Origin: Candidatus Latescibacterota bacterium
GTDB lineage: Bacteria; Latescibacterota; UBA2968
Direction: 5' to 3'
DNA: 64,000 nt
Assembly (NCBI GenBank): GCA_965222605.1
Contig: OZ244960.1
Span: 3,904,001 to 3,968,000 of the forward strand
Part shown: positions 39,000 through 47,734 of the stretch, piece by piece
How positions within the stretch are numbered: position 1 is the first letter of the stretch
Layout of the letters: every line of letters starts with the position of its first letter
The notes under the pieces: model-generated
Database searches by the model: none
What the model saw: only the letters and a program-made list of their open reading frames with translations
What the model was told of the DNA's origin: nothing
Made by a program: the position numbers and the translations under genes

Positions 39000-40316
39000 A
39001 TGAGCTTTCGGAAGTATGCGAAATATAAGGAGAGTGGGGTTGAGTGGTTGGGAGAAGTGCCGAAGCATTGGGAGATGAGGCGGCTTAAATTCTGCGTCCA
39101 ATTGACAGACCAAAAAATTGAAGCTGATCGAGAAAAGCCTTTGCCGTATGTTGGCTTGGAGAATATTCAGTCTTGGACGGGGAAGCTACTGACTATTGAC
39201 CCAAATGTTGTTCCAACAAGTATTGCTAATCATTTTGGCAAAGGGATGACCTTATTTGGCAAACTTCGGCCATATCTCGCCAAAGCCTGTAACCCAGACT
39301 TTGAAGGCTTGTGTTCAACAGAACTTCTGGTTTTCAAGAGTACTGGTTTTGATCGGCGTTTATTGTTGTACTTGTTGCTTACCGATGGATTTATCAAGGT
39401 GGTTGATTCATCAACTTATGGAGCAAAGATGCCTCGGGCGAATTGGGATTTCATCGGTAACTGTATTGTTCCTGTACCCCCACTCGAAGAACAAAAACGA
39501 ATCGCCGCATTTCTCGACAGAGAAACGACAAAGATCGACACCCTCATTGACAAGCATGAGCAATTGATCACACTGCTTCAAGAAAAGCGGCAGGCGATCA
39601 TTTCACATGCCGTTACCAGAGGATTGAATTCAAATGTGAAGATGAAAGACAGTGGGATTGAGTGGTTGGGGGAGGTGCCGGTAGAGTGGCAGGTGAAAAA
39701 GCTGAAGTTTGTTGCGAGGGTTCAGCCGAGTAACGTGGATAAGAAGAGCAAAAAGAATGAAAAGGAAGTTCTGCTTTGTAACTATACCGATGTTTATTAC
39801 AACGGAAAGATTACAGAAAATTTGCCCCTTATGAAGTCAACTGCGTCCGATGTTCAGATTAGAAAGTTCACTTTGAAAAGAGGGGACACTATAATCACAA
39901 AGGATTCTGAAGATCCCAACGACATTGCCGTACCTGCTTATGTACCACAGGATTTGGAAGGTGTAATCTGTGGTTATCACTTAGCCCTGCTAAGACCTGG
40001 GAAAGGGACATGCGGCGAGTATTTGAAGCGGGTCATGGACTCTCGATATGCAAGAAGTGTTTTTGCTACCCGAGCTAATGGCATAACGCGATATGGTCTT
40101 GCAACTTATGCCATCAGTAATTTCATAATCCCGTTGCCTCCACTCGAAGAACAAAAGCAAATCGCCGTATTCCTCGACAAAGAAACGACGAAGATTGATA
40201 CCCTCATTGAGCAGTGTAAAACGGCGATTGAGCTACTCAGAGAACGCCGAACCGCGCTCATCTCCGCTGCGGTGACGGGGAAAATGATGTGCGGCGTGCT
40301 ATCTAAAGGAGGATGA
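39000..40316 (+). CDS. hsdS: Type I restriction-modification specificity subunit
   Basis: Two SG(V/I)EWLGEVP..W repeats, two PPLEEQK.IA.FLD repeats, ALISAAVTGK. Confidence 0.95.
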   Translation: MSFRKYAKYKESGVEWLGEVPKHWEMRRLKFCVQLTDQKIEADREKPLPYVGLENIQSWTGKLLTIDPNVVPTSIANHFGKGMTLFGKLRPYLAKACNPDFEGLCSTELLVFKSTGFDRRLLLYLLLTDGFIKVVDSSTYGAKMPRANWDFIGNCIVPVPPLEEQKRIAAFLDRETTKIDTLIDKHEQLITLLQEKRQAIISHAVTRGLNSNVKMKDSGIEWLGEVPVEWQVKKLKFVARVQPSNVDKKSKKNEKEVLLCNYTDVYYNGKITENLPLMKSTASDVQIRKFTLKRGDTIITKDSEDPNDIAVPAYVPQDLEGVICGYHLALLRPGKGTCGEYLKRVMDSRYARSVFATRANGITRYGLATYAISNFIIPLPPLEEQKQIAVFLDKETTKIDTLIEQCKTAIELLRERRTALISAAVTGKMMCGVLSKGG

Positions 40317-40317
40317 T

Positions 40318-41187
40318 ATGAGCAAGAATGCTGATGACTCTGGGAAGATTCGTTGGTGGCCTTTTTGGTTGATACTTTCATTTGCGGTAATCTTTTGGTT
40401 CGCACTCGTTATAGAATGGTTCCCAGGGTGGATTGATGAGAGTAAAAGAGGAGTATTTGGAGACTCGTTTGGGGTCGTCAATGCCCTGTTCTCTGGATTG
40501 GCCTTTGCGGGTGTCATTTTTGCAATACTACTTCAGAAAAAGGAACTTGAGCTTCAAAGAGTTGCAATCAAGGGTGAAAAGGAAGCGTTTCAGAAGCAGA
40601 ATTTTGAGAGTTCCTTCTTTCAACTTCTCACCATGCACAGCGAGATTGTCAATTCAATAGTGATTCGAAAAGGAATCGACGGAGAATATTTTGGGCGGAA
40701 GTGCTTTGGTTACATGCTAAAAGAGTTTAAAAGTATTTATGTGTCAGATATGAGAAATGATGGGTTATCGGGGGTCGTATTAGAGGGTGCATTAAAAGGT
40801 GCGCGAAAAGGTGAACTGGATGTAACTGAGGAGTTAAGACAGTTGATAGATGAGAAGGTACGTAAAAAGTACGAGAAATTTTTTGCTGAATATCAGCCAT
40901 ATGTTGGTCCTTACTTTCGTCACCTGTACCAGGCTGTCAAATTTGTGGATCAAAGCGACTTTCTCAAAGAATTTGAAGCAAAGAAGTTCTACACCAATCT
41001 TATCCGCGCGCAACTATCAAGTGATGAATTGGGGCTTCTCTTTTACAATTGTCTGAGTGACCGGGGGGCTAAGTTCAAATGTTTGGTTGAGAAGTATGCC
41101 CTTTTTAAGGATATGAGTTTTGAAGTGCTCATGAATGAAGAACACCAGAATCTCTACGCCCCAAGTGCTTATGGCGAATCCAAATAA
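40318..41187 (+). CDS. Putative phage abortive infection protein (putAbiC-like) with N-terminal TM helices
   Basis: GVFGDSFG..NALFSGLAF, QNFESSFFQLL, YFRHLY, LIRAQLS.DEL.LLFYNC. Confidence 0.8.
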   Translation: MSKNADDSGKIRWWPFWLILSFAVIFWFALVIEWFPGWIDESKRGVFGDSFGVVNALFSGLAFAGVIFAILLQKKELELQRVAIKGEKEAFQKQNFESSFFQLLTMHSEIVNSIVIRKGIDGEYFGRKCFGYMLKEFKSIYVSDMRNDGLSGVVLEGALKGARKGELDVTEELRQLIDEKVRKKYEKFFAEYQPYVGPYFRHLYQAVKFVDQSDFLKEFEAKKFYTNLIRAQLSSDELGLLFYNCLSDRGAKFKCLVEKYALFKDMSFEVLMNEEHQNLYAPSAYGESK

Positions 41188-41227
41188 AAAAATAAAATCG
41201 CCGTCTTCCTTCACAGAGAGACGGCGA
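41188..41227 (-). terminator. Intrinsic terminator for the minus-strand small-gene pair
   Basis: TCGCCGTCT...AGACGGCGA stem with an A-run on the plus side (U-tail on the minus strand). Confidence 0.65.
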
Positions 41228-41252
41228 AGATGGATACTCTTGCAGAAACAGG

Positions 41253-41513
41253 TCAATTTAGAGTATATTCTTTCCATGGAATAGCCGATAGTGGAACATT
41301 AGCCATAAAGTCCACAATATCTCTGCGACCATAATAAGATGCATGACCTTGATGATCCTGAGCCATAAGCACTAGTGGGCAACCAGAAAAAACAGGAGCA
41401 AAGGACTGAATCGTATTTTGAGCAGAATGAGGGTTGTCCAGGACATGCTTTTTGACGATGACAATAGCAAACGTGACGCCTTGCTCTCGAATTACAGCAC
41501 CTTGAAATTTCAT
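41253..41513 (-). CDS. Conserved-looking hypothetical protein (86 aa)
   Basis: AAGGAG RBS; globular composition, GAVIREQGVTFAIV...VLMAQD..G..YYGR.DIV. Confidence 0.7.
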   Translation of the reverse strand: MKFQGAVIREQGVTFAIVIVKKHVLDNPHSAQNTIQSFAPVFSGCPLVLMAQDHQGHASYYGRRDIVDFMANVPLSAIPWKEYTLN

Positions 41514-41545
41514 GATGTGCTACTCCTTACTATGGGGTATAATAA

Positions 41546-41734
41546 TTAACCGCGTCCACTTTTATTTTTGGTGCGGTCAACGATGCGATAACCTTGGTTT
41601 TTTTTTGGTGTTGGCGGCAGAGGTTCCCCCTTCACAACAGTTCTTTCCTGACCAGTTCGACCTCCGCGTGGGCCAATGATCTCATATTGGCCAGAGGCAG
41701 GGGCTCTTTGACCCGATCGATGTTGCTTGCTCAT
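41546..41734 (-). CDS. YjzC-family small protein
   Basis: SGQRAPASGQYEIIGPRGG...TVVKGEPLPPTP; GGAGGTG RBS. Confidence 0.8.
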   Translation of the reverse strand: MSKQHRSGQRAPASGQYEIIGPRGGRTGQERTVVKGEPLPPTPKKNQGYRIVDRTKNKSGRG

Positions 41735-41839
41735 ATAATCACCTCCCTTTCATCTTGATATTTTAAATTATCGCCATATATTCTATGACATTTTGTATCA
41801 ATTTTTATGACGATAGAAATATAAAGGGTTTAGATCGCT

Positions 41840-42178
41840 ATGTCAACCCCTACTGCTGGTACATTTCCTTATAATCTCAAAAAAGCAAGAGAAATCAAAG
41901 GATTAAGCCAAACTGAGCTTGCTAAAAGATCTGGACTTCAGCCTTCCGCAGTCTCACATTTTGAGACGGGTAGGCGGACACCATCCTTTGATAACTTAAA
42001 GCGTTTGGCAGACACCCTTGAGGTCACAACTGACTTTCTGATGGGTCGTGAAATTGATCCGACTACGTCTGGCCCGACCTTACAAAGCATTTTCAGAAAT
42101 GCTCAAGAAATGGCAGATGATGACCGTCAGAAATTGGCTGAGTTCGCGGAATTTCTTGCCAGAAAAAAGAAATCGTAG
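41840..42178 (+). CDS. XRE-family HTH repressor (CapH/ImmR-like)
   Basis: LKKAREIKGLSQTELA...VSHFETGRRTPS..L..LA..L.VTTDFL. Confidence 0.9.
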   Translation: MSTPTAGTFPYNLKKAREIKGLSQTELAKRSGLQPSAVSHFETGRRTPSFDNLKRLADTLEVTTDFLMGREIDPTTSGPTLQSIFRNAQEMADDDRQKLAEFAEFLARKKKS

Positions 42179-42193
42179 TGGTAGGAGTAACTT

Positions 42194-43054
42194 GTGAATC
42201 AAGGACAGCGATTATTGCAGGCAGAAGCCCATGCTGAAAATTTGGTGAAACAGCTTGGTATTGTATCTCTTCCTATCAACTCCATTGAGATTGCCGAGCA
42301 ACATGAAATCAGGTGTAAGCGTGAAGAGATACAGGGGTTTTCCGGTTGCTTGATAAAACAAGGAGATGTTTTCGGCATTCTTTATTCATCTAAATTCAAC
42401 AATGAAGGGTTTATTCGGTTCACTGTAGCACATGAATTAGGGCACTATTTCTTACCAAGCCACCCGGAACTTTTATTTCCAGAAGGTGATGGTATTCATC
42501 GCTCTCACAACGGATTTACAGCCAGTGCCATTCACGAGCTTGAGGCCGACCACTTTGCCGCAGCGCTACTCATGCCTCGACATTTATTTGGAACAGCACT
42601 CGGTCAAGAGACAATTCCTGGATTTCATGCAATTGAAGCGCTTTCCGAAAAATGTAAAACATCAATTACTGCTACTGCCATCCGATATGCGACCTTTGCA
42701 GACTATCCCGTTGCTCTCATTGTAAGTTCCAATAATAGAGTTGAGTACTCGTTTATGTCTGACACGATGAAAACAAAAATTCAAGGAGCATCGTGGCTAA
42801 AAAAAGGGGAAGGCATACCTCCACAAAGCCAAACTGCTGCATTCAATGAAGATCAAAACAACATTCTATCGGGTGCAAAAGTGGAAAGTAGCTCCTACTT
42901 GGATGCCTGGTTTGCAGGAGCACAGTCGGAGGAAATCAATGAAGATGTGATCGGACTGGGTGGATATGGAAAGGCCTTGACTGTTCTATTTTGCGAAGAA
43001 TCACTTGCAGATGATAATGAATTAAATTTCTTTGATTATGGCTACCCTGAGTAA
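42194..43054 (+). CDS. ImmA/IrrE-family Zn metallopeptidase (CapP-like)
   Basis: RFTVAHELGHY, E.EADHFAAALLMP, S.TA..IRY, GAF-like C-terminal extension. Confidence 0.9.
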   Translation: MNQGQRLLQAEAHAENLVKQLGIVSLPINSIEIAEQHEIRCKREEIQGFSGCLIKQGDVFGILYSSKFNNEGFIRFTVAHELGHYFLPSHPELLFPEGDGIHRSHNGFTASAIHELEADHFAAALLMPRHLFGTALGQETIPGFHAIEALSEKCKTSITATAIRYATFADYPVALIVSSNNRVEYSFMSDTMKTKIQGASWLKKGEGIPPQSQTAAFNEDQNNILSGAKVESSSYLDAWFAGAQSEEINEDVIGLGGYGKALTVLFCEESLADDNELNFFDYGYPE

Positions 43055-43298
43055 TTACACCCTGCGACTGCTCGCCTCGCTTAAAGCTGAGGCGGAAAAA
43101 GTGGTGGAGGAAGAGGGTACAACGCTCAACCAGTTTATTAACGTGGCTGTAGCGGAGAAGGTGGCTGCTTTGCGGACGGCTCGCTACTTTCAAGAACGTG
43201 CCACATGTGCCGATTTGGAGGCTTTTGATCGTTTTCTGGAGACGTCGGGTAATGAGCCACCGTGCAGTGGGGATGAGATATTGCCAGCAGAAAATTGA
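43038..43298 (+). CDS. HicB-like RHH antitoxin (no adjacent toxin)
   Basis: YTLRL..SLK...EEGTTLNQFINVAVAEK. Confidence 0.75.
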   Translation: MATLSNYTLRLLASLKAEAEKVVEEEGTTLNQFINVAVAEKVAALRTARYFQERATCADLEAFDRFLETSGNEPPCSGDEILPAEN

Positions 43299-43365
43299 TG
43301 TTCGGATGCAGAATCTGTACAGGAAAGGGACTTCTCAACTGATATACTCCGTGAAGGAGTGACAA

Positions 43366-43815
43366 ATGCGACAAACCATTGAAGCTATGATTGATGAACA
43401 GGGCAATGTGCGGTTGCAGCAGCCTATCCAGTTGTCAAAACCGCGACGCGCTTATGTGACGATTCTCGCTGATGAGCAAGATATTCCTGAAGCGGCATTG
43501 TTAAGTGAAGCCGCACTTGCCGAAGACTGGGATTGCCCAGAGGAAGATGCCGCCTGGTCACATCTACACCCTGCGCCTGTTCGCCTCGACTGGCGTCAAG
43601 TGCGTTCTGTTGTCGAGGCTGCCGCTTTAGAGTTGAATTGGAATGTGGAAATCTCCATTGATACCGCTGAAAACCTCATTATCGTGGTTGTGCCAGAAGA
43701 TCAGGACGACCTGATGGTGGAGACGGAGTTTGATTTCTACGCATTGATTATGAAGCAATTAGGTCAAGAGGTCTTTAAGGCGATTAATTTCTTTTTTATT
43801 TCGGATTCTGACTGA
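43366..43815 (+). CDS. Antitoxin-like N-terminus fused to unknown domain
   Basis: TIEAMIDEQGNVRL..P...RRAYVTIL..LLSEAALAEDW..PEEDAAW.HL, then an unrelated ~80-aa acidic segment. Confidence 0.55.
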   Translation: MRQTIEAMIDEQGNVRLQQPIQLSKPRRAYVTILADEQDIPEAALLSEAALAEDWDCPEEDAAWSHLHPAPVRLDWRQVRSVVEAAALELNWNVEISIDTAENLIIVVVPEDQDDLMVETEFDFYALIMKQLGQEVFKAINFFFISDSD

Positions 43816-43852
43816 CCGAACTTTGTTCATTGAACTTCAGGAGGGGCCATCC

Positions 43853-44023
43853 ATGTCTAAGAACGCATCAGAAGAAGGACTGAAGATATACGTAACCTCA
43901 AGGGGCGGTCAGTATGTCAAAGCAGATGAATTGCTTGCCAGTCCCAAGGTGCGCGAAATTATAAAAAAAATGGCGGATATTTCCGTTGAGCGAAAGTCAT
44001 CTGGCGCGTCTCCGAGTAAGTAG
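43853..44023 (+). CDS. Small hypothetical protein
   Basis: GGAGG RBS before MSKNASEEG; same strand as neighbours. Confidence 0.5.
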   Translation: MSKNASEEGLKIYVTSRGGQYVKADELLASPKVREIIKKMADISVERKSSGASPSK

Positions 44024-44091
44024 TACAAATTATTTCAGCAAGAAGGATCATCCGAATAGCCAAACAACCAGATCATATATGGAGAGAACAG

Positions 44092-44313
44092 ATGAATTAT
44101 CAGATAACAGCTCTTATTGAACGCGAGGGCGATGGCTACGTATCTCGGTGTCCTGAATTAGATGTGACCAGCCAGGGAGATAGTATTGAAGAGGCACGAG
44201 CTAATTTACAAGAGGCTGTGGAGTTGTTTTTGGAATGTGCTTCGCCTGAAGAAATAGAGGAGCGTCTTCACAACGGGATGTACGTCACGCGGCTTGAGGT
44301 GGCTGTTGGCTAA
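44092..44313 (+). CDS. hicB: HicB-family antitoxin
   Basis: IEREGDGYVSRCPELDVTSQGDSIEEARANLQEAVELFLE. Confidence 0.9.
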   Translation: MNYQITALIEREGDGYVSRCPELDVTSQGDSIEEARANLQEAVELFLECASPEEIEERLHNGMYVTRLEVAVG

Positions 44314-44524
44314 ATTGCGGATTTTGTCTGGGAAGGCAGTGTGTGACATCCTCGCCAAGCACGGTTTTGAAGAAGTCCGCAGACGAGGTAGCCATATAGT
44401 CATGCAGCGGAAATTCAAAACTGGAACGAATACAGTGCCCGTGCCAGATCACAAGGAATTGCGTATTGGTACGTTGCATTCGATAATTCGTCAGTCGGGA
44501 GTGGCGCGGTCTGCTTTTGAATAG
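44306..44524 (+). CDS. hicA: HicA-family mRNA interferase toxin
   Basis: GF..VRRRGSHIVM...VPVPDHKELRIGTL.SIIRQSG; TTG start overlapping the hicB end. Confidence 0.9.
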   Translation: MAKLRILSGKAVCDILAKHGFEEVRRRGSHIVMQRKFKTGTNTVPVPDHKELRIGTLHSIIRQSGVARSAFE

Positions 44525-44582
44525 CACATGTAGAAAATGCCGAAGAAACGTTGCGTGATGCATAGAAAGTTGGAAAGCCCCA

Positions 44583-47500
44583 GTGACCAGTAAACCCACA
44601 TCCGAAAAAGACTTTGAGAACGCGATTGAAGCGTGGCTGGTAGATCGCGCTGGATATGCCAAAGCTGATAATCGCCAGTTTGATCCCGAACTCGGTCTGG
44701 ACAAACACACGTTGCTCGCGTTTCTCAATGAGACGCAGCCCGATACAATGGATGCGCTCAAAAGGAGCTATGGCAACGCGGTGGAGGAGGCAGTTGTCAA
44801 GCGGATTGCCTCTGAGTGCGATAAGCGCGGGTTGCTCGATGTGGTGCGGAATGGCGTGCGTGACCGGGGGCAACATCTGCGTCTGGCGTATTTTCGTCCG
44901 CCGACCCATCTGAATGTCGAAACGGAAAAACGCTATAATCAGAATCGTCTCACGGTGATGCGACAGGTGCGTTATGATGTGGAGAGCAATCATTCGATTG
45001 ATATGCTTTTGTCGCTCAACGGTCTGCCCATTGCTACGGTTGAACTCAAAAATGCTTTCACAGGACAGCGTACGGGTCACGCTATTCAGCAATATATCAA
45101 GGACCGCGTTCCTACGGTCAGAACACCCCTTATCCAGTTTAAAAAACGCGCGCTCGTGCATTTTGCCGTCGATACCGATGACGTGTATATGACGACGCGG
45201 CTTTCGGGTGATAAGACTTTCTTCCTGCCTTTTAATACGGGTAATAAAGGCGGTAAAGGCAATCCAGACGATCACCAGTATCAGACGGGATACAAAACCG
45301 GTTATCTCTGGGAAGAAATCTGGCAGCGCGACAGTTGGTTGGATATTATCCACAGATTTATCCACCTTTATGTGGAAAAGACTACCGACGTCACCACGCG
45401 CAAAACCACCACCAGAGAAACCCTGATTTTTCCCCGCTATCACCAGCTCACCGCTGTTCGCAATCTGATTGCAGATACCAGAGCCAAAGGTGTGGGCACA
45501 CATCTGATTCAGCACAGTGCTGGGTCGGGTAAGACCAATACGATTTCGTGGCTCGCCCATCAGCTTGCCAGTATCCACGATGATGCGGATGCGCCTATTT
45601 TCAATTCGGTTGTGGTTGTTTCTGACAGGCGCAATCTGGACAAGCAGTTGCAGGATAATATCTATCAGATTGAACACAAGCAGGGTGTGGTTGTCAAGAT
45701 TGATGAGGACCGCAATTCGAGTGATCTGGCGGATGAACTCAATAAGGGGACGAAGATCATCATTACGACGCTGCAAAAATTTTCTTTTTTGATGGGCAAG
45801 GTGGAAGATCTGTCAGACAGGACATTCGCGGTGATTGTGGATGAGGCTCATAGCAGTCAGGGGGGGCGAAGTGCGAGCAATTTGCGCGGTGTGTTGGGTG
45901 GGCTTGAGCAAGCAGAGACTGAGGAGGCTGAGGGGGAAGACCCGCCCGATATGGAAGATCTGATTCTTGCGGAGGCCAAACGCCGGGGACCGCAGCCGAA
46001 TATCAATTTTTATGCTTTTACGGCTACGCCTAAACACCGCACGCTCGAAATGTTTGGCGTGCGCGATGCAGAGGGCAATCCGCAGCCGTTCCATCTTTAC
46101 GCCATGCGTCAGGGTATTGAAGAGGGTTTTATTCACGATGTGCTCAAGCATTATACCACTTACAGGACGTATTACAAATTGTCCAAAGCGATTGAAGACG
46201 ATCCCGAGGTGGATGAGAGCAAGGCGAAGCGGGCTATTGCGCGGTTTATGAGTTTGCATCCGCACAATATCGCGCAGAAGACGGAAATTATGGTTGAGCA
46301 TTTTCGGGCTTTTACCCGCAAGAAGATCAATGGCAATGCGAAAGCGATGGTTGTTACACGCTCGCGGTTACATGCGGTGCGCTACAAACAGGCTTTTGAC
46401 AGGTATATCGAGGCAAGAGGATATACAGATCTCAAAACACTTGTGGCGTTTTCTGGAACTGTTGTCGATCCAGATGTCGAAGATAAGCATTACACAGAGG
46501 CGAGCATGAACGGCATTAGTGAACGAGAATTGCCCGCCCATTTTGCTACGCCCGAATATCAGATATTGATTGTCGCGGAGAAGTATCAGACTGGATTTGA
46601 TCAACCTCTTTTGCATACGATGTTCGTCGATAAGCGGCTTGCAGACTTGAAAGCGGTTCAGACTCTGTCGCGTCTCAACCGCACAGCAGGCGGAAAGGTA
46701 GATACGTTTGTGCTGGATTTTGCCAATGAGATTGACGAGATCAAAGAGGCGTTCAAGCCGTATTACGAACAGACGGAGATCGATGAACCGACCGATCCCA
46801 ACCATCTCTATACGTTGGATGCAATACTGAAAAGTGAACCCGTGCTGCGCGATGAGGAGATTGAGGAATTTGCCAGGACCTATTTCAAGCTCCAACCACT
46901 TCAAACAAAGCATGATCACGGGCAACTCAACAAATGGATCGATCCCTCTGTGGAGCGATTCAAGCAATCTTACGGTGTATCGGGTTTGGGTGGGGAAGCG
47001 TACACGGAAGAAGGCGAAATTTTCAAAAGCACCTTGCAGAGCTTTATACGGCTGTATGGCTTTTTGAGTCAGATTATCGAATGGCAGGATCCCGAGTTGG
47101 AAAAGCTCTATGCGTATGCGCGGTATTTGTTCACCAAATTGCCTCGCCGTTCGGGGGAGGGCATGTTGGAACTCGACGACGAAGTCGCACTTTCACACTA
47201 TCGCAACGAGATGACATTTTCTGGTAGCGGGGCATTGGAGGTGAGGGACAAAGAGTTTGTGCAGGGCGTGGGTGATGTTGGTACGGCAAAGGCCAAAGAC
47301 GACCATACCGCACCGCTATCGTCTATTATTGAAGTGATTAATGAGCGGTTTGGCACCAGTTGGACGGATGAGGATAAATTGCTATTTGATCAGATTTCAG
47401 GCGATATGGTGCGAAATGCACGTCTTGCGGAACAGGCGCAGGCCAATTCAATTGAGCAGTTTAAGCAGGTTTTTGAACCCGAGGTGATGAAAGCATTTGT

Positions 47501-47615
47501 TCAACGGCAAGGCAGAAATCAGAAGATTGTGAACGATTTTATGTCTGATAAAGCTCTGCGCGATTTCATCATGGACGCATTGCTCAAAGAGGTTTATCAC
47601 ACTGCTCGAGTTTGA
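44583..47615 (+). CDS. hsdR: Type I restriction endonuclease subunit R
   Basis: D..L..NGLP..TVELKN, QHSAGSGKT, DEAHSSQ, FTATPK, TGFDQP, QTLSRLNR. Confidence 0.96.
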   Translation: MTSKPTSEKDFENAIEAWLVDRAGYAKADNRQFDPELGLDKHTLLAFLNETQPDTMDALKRSYGNAVEEAVVKRIASECDKRGLLDVVRNGVRDRGQHLRLAYFRPPTHLNVETEKRYNQNRLTVMRQVRYDVESNHSIDMLLSLNGLPIATVELKNAFTGQRTGHAIQQYIKDRVPTVRTPLIQFKKRALVHFAVDTDDVYMTTRLSGDKTFFLPFNTGNKGGKGNPDDHQYQTGYKTGYLWEEIWQRDSWLDIIHRFIHLYVEKTTDVTTRKTTTRETLIFPRYHQLTAVRNLIADTRAKGVGTHLIQHSAGSGKTNTISWLAHQLASIHDDADAPIFNSVVVVSDRRNLDKQLQDNIYQIEHKQGVVVKIDEDRNSSDLADELNKGTKIIITTLQKFSFLMGKVEDLSDRTFAVIVDEAHSSQGGRSASNLRGVLGGLEQAETEEAEGEDPPDMEDLILAEAKRRGPQPNINFYAFTATPKHRTLEMFGVRDAEGNPQPFHLYAMRQGIEEGFIHDVLKHYTTYRTYYKLSKAIEDDPEVDESKAKRAIARFMSLHPHNIAQKTEIMVEHFRAFTRKKINGNAKAMVVTRSRLHAVRYKQAFDRYIEARGYTDLKTLVAFSGTVVDPDVEDKHYTEASMNGISERELPAHFATPEYQILIVAEKYQTGFDQPLLHTMFVDKRLADLKAVQTLSRLNRTAGGKVDTFVLDFANEIDEIKEAFKPYYEQTEIDEPTDPNHLYTLDAILKSEPVLRDEEIEEFARTYFKLQPLQTKHDHGQLNKWIDPSVERFKQSYGVSGLGGEAYTEEGEIFKSTLQSFIRLYGFLSQIIEWQDPELEKLYAYARYLFTKLPRRSGEGMLELDDEVALSHYRNEMTFSGSGALEVRDKEFVQGVGDVGTAKAKDDHTAPLSSIIEVINERFGTSWTDEDKLLFDQISGDMVRNARLAEQAQANSIEQFKQVFEPEVMKAFVQRQGRNQKIVNDFMSDKALRDFIMDALLKEVYHTARV

Positions 47616-47643
47616 GAATGCAAAGAGGTTTACATGCGGAACG

Positions 47644-47690
47644 GGGCAATCAGTCCACAAGAGCGGGACACTGATTGCCCTTTATTTTTT
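47644..47690 (+). terminator. Intrinsic terminator after hsdR
   Basis: GGGCAATCAGT...ACTGATTGCCC plus TTTATTTTTT. Confidence 0.75.
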
Positions 47691-47699
47691 AGTATTATA

Positions 47700-47728
47700 T
47701 TGCTATCTCGACAAAAAATTGTTATTAT
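47700..47728 (+). promoter_or_regulatory. Sigma70-like promoter, leaderless start for the AAA gene
   Basis: TTGCTA-17-TATTAT with TG extension; ATG 6 nt after the -10 box, no SD. Confidence 0.55.
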
Positions 47729-47734
47729 TTCGAT

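Noticed and set aside
39480-40210. Phase-variable hsdS shufflon
   Set aside because: The repeats are the normal direct conserved regions of HsdS; no inverted silent TRDs or invertase present
44415-45776. 453-aa minus-strand ORF
   Set aside because: Antisense shadow of hsdR; no recognisable motifs
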